Of a stretch of DNA of 64,000 bases, positions 57,465-64,000 are shown piece after piece (positions within the stretch are counted from its first letter, which is position 1; the number at the start of each line of letters is the position of its first letter). Under the pieces are notes generated by a model. The model had not been told where the DNA came from and ran no database searches. It saw only the letters and a list, made by a program, of their open reading frames with translations. This DNA comes from Candidatus Kaistia colombiensis. GTDB lineage: Bacteria; Pseudomonadota; Alphaproteobacteria; Rhizobiales; Kaistiaceae. The stretch lies in the NCBI GenBank assembly GCA_029203105.1, contig CP119318.1, positions 3,243,721-3,307,720 of the forward strand, written 5' to 3'. The translations under genes and the position numbers were made by a program.

Positions 57465-58604
57465 TCAGACTGCCCTTTCGTAGCGAACCATTCGGTCTTC
57501 GCCGAGACGCGCCTCCTCGACCCGGCGAAAGCGCGGACTGCGCTCGATCGCCGACAGCGCGCCGCCCGCAAGCGCGCGCACGCCATCCGGCCCGACCACG
57601 ACCGGCGCGTGAAACAGAACCACTTCATCTAGCAGTCCGCGCCCGAGCAGCGAGGCGGCCACCTTCGCGCCGCCTTCCGCCAGCAGGCGCGTGACGCCGC
57701 GCTCCGCCAACAGCCGCATCGCCGCCTCGATGTCGACGCCGCCGGAGCCGGTGCCGACCGGCAGGACCTCGACGCCGTGGGCGAGAAGCGCCTCGCGATG
57801 GGCGAGCGGCGCCTCCGAACCGCAGACGACCCAGAGCGCCGTGTCGGCGGCGCTCTTGACCAAGGATGATTTCGGCGACAATCGCGCCTGGGTATCGAGC
57901 ACGACGCGGATCGGTGAATGCGCCCTGAGGCCCGGAACCCGGACCGTCAGGCTCGGATCGTCGACGAGCGCTGTGCCGATGCCGATCAGCGTCGCATCGG
58001 CCTCGATGCGCATGGTCTGCAGCCTGGCGAACGCCTCCCGGCCCGAGACCAGCATCCGCTCGCCCGCCACACGGCCGATCATACCGTCGGCGGAGACCGC
58101 AAGCTTGAGCGTCACATGCGGCCGACCGGCCGAGAGAACGGAAATGGTGCCCGCATGCAGCCGTCGCGCCTCGTCGCCGAGCACACCGGTGGCAACGGCG
58201 ATACCGGCATCGCGCAATTGCGCATGGCCACGACCGGCCAGCGCCGGATCGGGATTTTCAAGCGCGCTGACGACGCGAGACACACCCGCCGCGATCAGCG
58301 CCTGGACGTCGGAGAGGCCGTCGACGGGGACCGGCGACGGTTCCAGCGTCGAATAGACCGTGCTGCCCCGGGCAAGTTCGCCCGCCATGGCGAGCGCGCC
58401 ACGTTCGGCATGGGGTATACCGCCGGCCGCGGTGTTGCCGCGGCCGAGGATGACGGGTCCATCCGCCTCGAAAGCCACGACAAGAGCGCCGACGGCGGGG
58501 GCCGGCGCCGTGGAGCCCAGAGTGCGACGACCGAAACGGAGCGCGACGGCCATCAGCCGGCGGTCCATCTCGGGATCGGCATTGACCGTTCGCTCCGTCG
58601 CCAT
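57465..58604 (-). CDS. ribD: RibD-type bifunctional deaminase/reductase, deaminase domain atypical
   Basis: The reductase domain looks normal (RPHVTLKLAVSADGMI, DPSLTVR, LLAEGGAKVA). The deaminase domain keeps PHAE, but the PC...C zinc-ligand segment reads EPSPVPVDGLSDV. Start is ATG 58604 or 58634. Confidence 0.85.
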   Translation of the reverse strand: MATERTVNADPEMDRRLMAVALRFGRRTLGSTAPAPAVGALVVAFEADGPVILGRGNTAAGGIPHAERGALAMAGELARGSTVYSTLEPSPVPVDGLSDVQALIAAGVSRVVSALENPDPALAGRGHAQLRDAGIAVATGVLGDEARRLHAGTISVLSAGRPHVTLKLAVSADGMIGRVAGERMLVSGREAFARLQTMRIEADATLIGIGTALVDDPSLTVRVPGLRAHSPIRVVLDTQARLSPKSSLVKSAADTALWVVCGSEAPLAHREALLAHGVEVLPVGTGSGGVDIEAAMRLLAERGVTRLLAEGGAKVAASLLGRGLLDEVVLFHAPVVVGPDGVRALAGGALSAIERSPRFRRVEEARLGEDRMVRYERAV

Positions 58605-58706
58605 CCGACACCCCCGCAGATCCCTGAGCGACACCCGGCGCCTTGTCGCGGAGCCGGTCGCCGCCGCCGAAGCGGCGCATCCCGGCCAGCCCCGGTTCCC
58701 GAAACC

Positions 58707-58755
58707 GAGCTAGAGTCGTTCCGTGTTTCATGGAAACACGGAACGACTCTAGCTC
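58707..58755. repeat. 49-bp perfect palindrome (23-bp arms, 3-nt spacer)
   Basis: gagctagagtcgttccgtgtttc-atg-gaaacacggaacgactctagctc, followed on the + strand by the T-rich tract tttgtttgatcgcgttttcttc. It lies in the nrdR-ribD spacer. Confidence 0.9.
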
Positions 58756-58811
58756 TTTGTTTGATCGCGTTTTCTTCACGCGAACCGGTATCCACTTCGC
58801 TCGAAACCGCT

Positions 58812-59291
58812 CTAGTCGCGTTCCCCGGCATCCGCCACGTCCTGGCCCGAAAGCTCGTCCAGCACCGTGGAGAAATCCTTGGCTTCGCGGAAATTGCGAT
58901 AGACCGAGGCAAAGCGCACATAGGCGACGTCATCGAGGCCCTTCAGCGCCTCCATGACATAGACGCCGATCTGCTCGGCATTGATCTCGCTCTCGCCGCT
59001 GCTTTCGAGCTGGCGCACGACACCGTTGATCATGCGCTCGACGCGTTCCGGATCGACCGGCCGCTTGCGCAGCGCCACCTGAACGGAGCGCATCAGCTTG
59101 TCACGATCGAAGGGAACGCGCCGGCCGCTCTTCTTCACGACGATCAGCTCACGCAGCTGAATCCGTTCGAAGGTCGTGAACCGGCCGCCGCAATCCGCGC
59201 AGACCCGCCGTCGCCGGATGGACGTGTTGTCCTCCGACGGACGGGAGTCCTTCACCTGCGTGTCGTCGCTACCGCAATAGGGACAACGCAT
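58812..59291 (-). CDS. nrdR: Transcriptional repressor NrdR
   Basis: 159 aa. Zinc ribbon MRCPYCGS...[12 protein letters not shown] plus an ATP-cone. Confidence 0.93.
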   Translation of the reverse strand: MRCPYCGSDDTQVKDSRPSEDNTSIRRRRVCADCGGRFTTFERIQLRELIVVKKSGRRVPFDRDKLMRSVQVALRKRPVDPERVERMINGVVRQLESSGESEINAEQIGVYVMEALKGLDDVAYVRFASVYRNFREAKDFSTVLDELSGQDVADAGERD

Positions 59292-59303
59292 GGATTTCCC
59301 CCA

Positions 59304-60611
59304 TCACGAATAGATCGGGAAGCGCGCGGTCAGAGCATGCACGCGCTCCTTGACCGATGCTTCCACGAGCGGGGCGGAACCGTCTTCCGACTGCGACACG
59401 GCGCCAAGAACCTCGGCGATCAGTCGCCGACCTCCTGGAACTCCGCGACGCCGAAGCCGCGCGTGGTGGCCGCCGGGGTGCCGAGACGGATGCCCGAGGT
59501 GACGAACGGCTTCTCCGGGTCGAAGGGGATGCCGTTCTTGTTGCAGGTCAGGCCGGCGCGAACGAGCGCCTTCTCGCGACACGTTGCCCTTGACCTGCTT
59601 CGGACGCAGATCGACCAGCATCAGGTGGTTGTCGGTGCCGCCCGAGACGATGTCGAAGCCGCTGCCCTTCAGCGTTTCCGCCAGCGCCTTGAGCGTTGTC
59701 GACGACGTTGTTGCGCGTAGAGCTTGAACTCCGGACGCAGCGCTTCGGCGAACGCGACGGCCTTGGCGGCGATGACATGCATCAGCGGGCCGCCCTGCAG
59801 GCCCGGGAAGATCGCCGAATTGATCTTCTTCGCGATCGCCTCGTCATTGGTCAGGATCATGCCGCCGCGCGGGCCGCGCAGCGACTTGTGCGTGGTGGTG
59901 GTGACGACATGGGCATGCGGCAGCGGCGACGGGTGCGCGCCACCGGCGACGAGACCGGCGAAATGCGCCATGTCGACCATCAGATAGGCGCCGACCTGTC
60001 GGCGATCTCGCGGAAGCGCTTGAAGTCCCAGATGCGCGGAATAGGCCGTGCCGCCGGCGACGATCAGCTTCGGCTTGGTCTCTTCGGCATGGCGCTGCAT
60101 CGCGTCATAGTCGAGCATCTGGTCCTCGCGCGCACGCCGTAGGGCGCCGACTTGAACCACTTGCCGGACATGTTGACCGGCGAGCCATGGGTCAGATGAC
60201 CGCCGGCGGCCAGGTCGAGGCCCATGAAGGTATCGCCCGGCTGCAGCAGCGCCAGGAACACGGCCTGGTTCATCTGGCTGCCGGAATTCGGCTGGACATT
60301 GGCGAAGCTGCAGCCGAACAGCTTCTTGGCGCGCTCGATCGCCAGCGTCTCGGCGATGTCGACGAACTCGCAGCCGCCGTAGTAGCGCTGGCCCGGATAA
60401 CCCTCGGCATATTTGTTGGTCATCACCGAGCCCTGCGCCTCGAGCACGGCGCGGCGAGACGATGTTCTCCGAGGCAATCAGCTCGATCTCGTGCGCTGGC
60501 GACCGAGTTCCTTGCCGATCGCGCGGCGATTTCCGGATCGGCCTGGGCAAGCGTCCGGTTGAAGAAGGCGGAGGTCGAGGAAAGGCTGTCAGCACGATCC
60601 GTCAGAGACAT
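59304..60611 (-). pseudogene. glyA: Serine hydroxymethyltransferase gene interrupted by about 10 single-nt frameshifts
   Basis: SHMT sequence ([67 protein letters not shown]-stop) is spread over all three minus-strand frames between ATG 60611 and TGA 59304-59306. The track fragments are 60423..60719, 60064..60477, 59669..60595, 59548..59778 and 59304..59621. Confidence 0.85.
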
Positions 60612-60703
60612 GGGGCGATCCATCCTGTTGGCGGAACCGGAATCGCGCCAATGACAACGCGGCCGGAACCCGGGCGGCGTACCATATGTAGGGGTAGACG
60701 CCA

Positions 60704-60727
60704 AGAAAAAGGGCCTCATCGGCCCTT
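60704..60727 (-). terminator. Intrinsic terminator downstream of the L,D-transpeptidase gene
   Basis: The minus strand reads aagggcc-gatga-ggccctt followed by TTTTTC. A second 9-bp hairpin (gtcgttccg/cggaacgac) lies at 60740-60768. Confidence 0.7.
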
Positions 60728-60791
60728 CAATTAACGGGTGTCGTTCCGAGCTTTTGGCGCGGAACGACAGGTTTCAGGGCCTGCCAGCGAC

Positions 60792-62084
60792 CTATTGTAG
60801 CGCCAACTGGCCGATGCCGTCGCGATTATAGATGTCGTCGCGGAAATGGGTGACGCCGTCGGCCATGGCCCAGGCGCTGATATATTGCAGGTAGAGCGGG
60901 ACTTCCGGCTTCGGATTGACGTTGACCTGCTCGCCCGATTTGAAGATCTGGTCGATGCGCGCGCGCGGAAACTCCGGCGTGTCGCGCAGCAGCCAGCCGA
61001 TCACCTGGCGGACGTTCTGCACGCGGATGCAGCCCGACGAATCGAAGCGCTGTTCGCGACCGAAGATGTCCTTCTGCGGCGTGTCGTGCATGTAGACCTG
61101 CTCGTCATTGTGGAACGAGATGCGCACGCTGCCGAGCGAGTTGAAGTCGCCCGGGTCCTGCCGGAACATGTAGCCCTTGGTCGCCTGGTCGGTATGCCAG
61201 TCGATCGAGGTCGGGGGCACTTCGACACCGGCCGAATCGTAGATGCGGATGTGCTTCTTGGTCAGGTAGTCCGGCGACTTCTGCATCAGCGGGATCAGGT
61301 CCTTGCGGATGATCGAAGCCGGCACCGTCCAGTTCGGATTGAAGCTGACGCGGTAGATCTTGGTGGCGAGGACCGGCGTCGGCCGATCGACCTTGCCGAC
61401 GACCGCGGTATGACGCGAGATGACGCGCCCGCCTTCAACCACCTCGATCGCCGCGGCCGGAATGTTGATCATGACATAGCGATCGCCGAGGAAGCCCGAC
61501 ATCGAGCGCAGGCGGACCAGATTGGTCTGCAACTGGCCCAGGCGAACATCCGCCGGTACGTTCATCATGTTGATGGTCGACTGACCGGCGACGCCATCGG
61601 CCGGCAGGCCATGGCGCGCCTGGAAGCGACGGAGACCGGCATCGACGTAGGAATCGAAGGTCTGCGAATTGCCGGCGCCAGGCGCGAGATCGCCGGAAAC
61701 GGTCAGACGCTGGCGCAGGATGACGACGTTGGGGTCGCGCAGGCCGAGGCTGAGCTTCTTGTCGGCCGGAACCATCGGCCAGCCACCGCGGGCGACGATG
61801 TCGGTATAGTTCTGGATCGCGTACTCGACAGCCTGGGCGGTGTCGGGCGACAGGATCGGCGCCGAAGTGCGCACGGAGGCGGCACCGTTCGACGCGGCGT
61901 CGAAGCCATCCGACCAGTCACCGCCGCCGCTCTGCAGCACCTGGTTGATCGGGTCGGCGCCTTGCGCGAACGCCGCGATCGGCATTGCGACCGAGGCCGC
62001 CAGCGCGCCGGCCATGGTGCGCAGCGCGCCGCGGCGCGACATCGCGGTGGCCGGGAGGAGATTGGTGTTCTTTGATCCGCTCAT
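60792..62084 (-). CDS. L,D-transpeptidase (PG_binding_1 + YkuD domains)
   Basis: 430 aa from MSGSKNTNLL (ATG 62084) with Tat-like signal SRRGALRTMAGALAA. PG-binding region RRFQARHGLPADGVAG and YkuD active-site region YMHDTP...SSGCIRV. Confidence 0.9.
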   Translation of the reverse strand: MSGSKNTNLLPATAMSRRGALRTMAGALAASVAMPIAAFAQGADPINQVLQSGGGDWSDGFDAASNGAASVRTSAPILSPDTAQAVEYAIQNYTDIVARGGWPMVPADKKLSLGLRDPNVVILRQRLTVSGDLAPGAGNSQTFDSYVDAGLRRFQARHGLPADGVAGQSTINMMNVPADVRLGQLQTNLVRLRSMSGFLGDRYVMINIPAAAIEVVEGGRVISRHTAVVGKVDRPTPVLATKIYRVSFNPNWTVPASIIRKDLIPLMQKSPDYLTKKHIRIYDSAGVEVPPTSIDWHTDQATKGYMFRQDPGDFNSLGSVRISFHNDEQVYMHDTPQKDIFGREQRFDSSGCIRVQNVRQVIGWLLRDTPEFPRARIDQIFKSGEQVNVNPKPEVPLYLQYISAWAMADGVTHFRDDIYNRDGIGQLALQ

Positions 62085-62380
62085 GTCGATACTTCTGCAA
62101 GCTCGCTTATGGAGGGAGCCCGCGAAGTCATCGCCCGCCCCCGATCTTCGACTGCGGCTAGCACACGCCGCGAACCTTGAAAACACGCTCGGCACCTGAC
62201 CGACACCGCGGCCACGGCCAAACAGGCAGTACCGCGCCGCTCGTCTCCATACAGGCGATCCGACGCGCGCGACACGGCTCAATCGGCATGTCCTTGGCTT
62301 TCATGCCAGTATGGCGCTTTCATGTCACATGCGTCGCCCGGCCAGATTGCATCGCCCCCTTCGCGGAGCCCAGAACATGC

Positions 62381-62411
62381 AAAAACCCCGGCAGGGGCGG
62401 CCGGGGTTTTT
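62381..62411 (-). terminator. Intrinsic terminator downstream of the MarR-family gene
   Basis: aaaaaccccggc-aggggcg-gccggggttttt is an 11-bp stem with flanking A/T runs, 20 nt below the stop at 62432. Confidence 0.85.
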
Positions 62412-62431
62412 GGAAGGTCAGGCGTCCGGTT

Positions 62432-62944
62432 TCAGAGGCGGTACAGGATCTGGTCGGTCCAGAAACGCTCGAGGCGCTGCAGCGAGCGGTTCAGCTGCTG
62501 GAAATCGTCGACCGCGATGCCGCCGACCTGCTCGATCGACTTCATGTGGCGCTCGTAGACGCCGGCAACGATCGAGGCGACTTCCCGACCCGCTTCGGTC
62601 AGGCTGACGCGGACCGAGCGGCGGTCCATCCGCGAGCGCTGGTGATGGATATAGCCCATCTCGACCAGCTTCTTGAGATTGTAGGAAACGTTGGAGCCGA
62701 GATAGTAGCCGCGGGTGCGCAGCTCGCCGGCGGTCAGCTCGGCGTCGCCGATGTTGAACAGGAGCAGCGCCTGGGTGCTGTTGATGTCGGAGCGACCCTC
62801 GCGGTCGAACTCGTCCTTGACGACATCGAGCAGGCGGCGATGCAGACGCTCGACGAGCGTCACAGCCTCCATGTAAAGCGGCTTGAGTTCCGAAGTAGAC
62901 TGGGGCTTAGCGACTGTTTCGACTGCCCGCATTGCACTGATCAT
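62432..62944 (-). CDS. ldtR: MarR-family transcriptional regulator (LdtR-like, adjacent to an L,D-transpeptidase gene)
   Basis: 170 aa from MISAMRAVE (ATG 62944, GAGG SD); the track start is TTG 62971. Winged HTH region LTAGELRTRGYYLGSNVSYNLKKLVEMGYIHHQRSRMDRRSVRVSLT. The symbol is assigned from context and recollection of LdtR, not from a search. Confidence 0.75.
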   Translation of the reverse strand: MISAMRAVETVAKPQSTSELKPLYMEAVTLVERLHRRLLDVVKDEFDREGRSDINSTQALLLFNIGDAELTAGELRTRGYYLGSNVSYNLKKLVEMGYIHHQRSRMDRRSVRVSLTEAGREVASIVAGVYERHMKSIEQVGGIAVDDFQQLNRSLQRLERFWTDQILYRL

Positions 62945-63134
62945 CTCGTCTGCCTCTTGGTTCCGCGGCAAGTATTCTTCTCACCTCATGACAACGGAAC
63001 TTATAGGCGGCATTTGAAAATCATCTTAAAGATCAGGCTTAACGCCCGCTTACCCGGAGGGTTGGCATTCGAAACGAATTTTATCGTTAAAAACTTGCTA
63101 TGCGGCCGACGTGAACCGGCGGCGCGCCTCGCTT

Positions 63135-63557
63135 TCAGCCTGCCGCCGCTTCGTGGCGGCGGCTCATGACCAGCAGGCCGACAAAGACCAGCAGCGCGAT
63201 CACGTGGAAAGTGACAACGAGAAAGTTGAAGCCGAAGGTGTCGGCGAACACCGTGTGCATCGCGATTTCGAACAGCGCGGCATAGATCCAGATCACATTG
63301 CCCCAGGCGACCCGCATCCAGAGGCCGACGGCGGCGACCAGATCGACCACGGCCAGATTGATGGTGACGAACCGCCACTGGGTCGACATCGTCTCGAAGC
63401 TCCAGCCGTCATCCTGGAACACGCCGGCGATATAGAGCCACTGCCGCAGCCCGAGCAGCAGCAGGATAGCCGCCACGCCGCGAAGATAGACGTTCAGCGC
63501 CAGATCGTACGGGTTGTCCGGTTCGCTCGGGAGCTGGGTGACTTCATTGTCCATCAT
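63135..63557 (-). CDS. Small integral membrane protein, family not recognised
   Basis: 140 aa with 4 predicted TM helices. Its ATG overlaps the stop of the upstream enoyl-CoA hydratase-like gene (ATGA). Confidence 0.6.
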   Translation of the reverse strand: MMDNEVTQLPSEPDNPYDLALNVYLRGVAAILLLLGLRQWLYIAGVFQDDGWSFETMSTQWRFVTINLAVVDLVAAVGLWMRVAWGNVIWIYAALFEIAMHTVFADTFGFNFLVVTFHVIALLVFVGLLVMSRRHEAAAG

Positions 63558-64000
63558 GGCAGCGGAATGTCTCCGTCGAGGGGAACCTCGAAGTGCCCTT
63601 CGATCGCGCCCGGGTCAACAGCGTCCAGTGCGGCAGGGTTCCAGCGCGGCGACTGATCCTTGTCGACCAGGGCGGCGCGAACCCCTTCGTAGAAATCGTG
63701 ACCGTCGAGGATCGCGTTGGCGATCCGCCAATCCAGCCGGATGCAGTCGTCGAAATCAAGCTCGCGCGCGGCGCGGATCTGCCGCAGGGCGATCCGCAGG
63801 CTGGTCGGCGATTTGCTTCGGATCGCGGCAGCCGTCAGCGCGCCCCACTCGGCCTGCGGCCCCTCCAGCGCGTCAAGACGCGCCAGGATCGATTCGACCG
63901 ATCCGGTGGCGAAGATGGCCTCGATCGCGGTGTCGAGCGGACCAAGCGTCTCCGCCGGGGCGGTCTCCGCAAAGCAAGCGAGCGCCGCGTCGATGTCCGC
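63554..64000 (-). CDS. Enoyl-CoA hydratase/3-hydroxyisobutyryl-CoA hydrolase-like protein, C-terminal part (5' end outside window)
   Basis: The minus-strand frame is open from nt 64000 and reads ...SKSPTSLRIALRQIRAARELDFDDCIRLDWRIANAILDGHDFYEGVRAALVDKDQSPRWNP..., which is typical of the ECH_2 C-terminal domain. It is not in the ORF track because no start codon lies in the window. Confidence 0.75.
   Translation of the reverse strand, partial: ADIDAALACFAETAPAETLGPLDTAIEAIFATGSVESILARLDALEGPQAEWGALTAAAIRSKSPTSLRIALRQIRAARELDFDDCIRLDWRIANAILDGHDFYEGVRAALVDKDQSPRWNPAALDAVDPGAIEGHFEVPLDGDIPLP

Overview
This is a high-GC (about 65%), densely coding chromosomal segment. Its gene content and synteny look like an alphaproteobacterium of the Hyphomicrobiales/Rhizobiales type: aapJQMP, ctaA-DUF2842, merR-ihfA-fabH-plsX-yceD, hppA, thiL-nusB-ribH-ribE-ribD-nrdR-glyA, and ldtR plus an L,D-transpeptidase. 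I call about 60 CDS, one tRNA-Pro(GGG), five intrinsic terminators and a few repeats or hairpins. Three envelope blocks dominate. The first is a translationally coupled 4-gene lipid-A-remodelling-type operon (ArnT-like, PAP2, GT2, LAB_N). The second is an ADP-heptose and heptosyltransferase cluster (waaF-hldD-gmhB-hldE-AGE, with convergent waaC). The third is a Wzy/PCP/OPX exopolysaccharide locus whose accessory genes resemble exosortase-type loci, although no exosortase is in view. A 9-kb cluster of transporter, oxidoreductase and D-aminoacylase genes with an RpiR-family regulator gene, substrate unknown, lies next to the tRNA. I see no integrase, transposase, phage gene, CRISPR array, restriction-modification, toxin-antitoxin or recognisable defence gene. 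My honest reading is that this is mostly core genome, and I cannot point to a clear-cut novel system. The most unusual observations are these: glyA is broken by about 10 single-nucleotide indels while all neighbours are intact; an orphan hyuB has two frameshifts; the RibD deaminase domain lacks both zinc-ligand cysteines; a 49-bp perfect palindrome lies between nrdR and ribD; an AGE-family sugar isomerase/epimerase is coupled to hldE in a heptose cluster with no gmhA; and there is an internally duplicated proline-rich small ORF. Many long entries in the ORF track are GC-driven shadow ORFs, and I discount them. Start codons were re-chosen from homology to typical N-termini and from SD-like motifs, so starts are less certain than stops.
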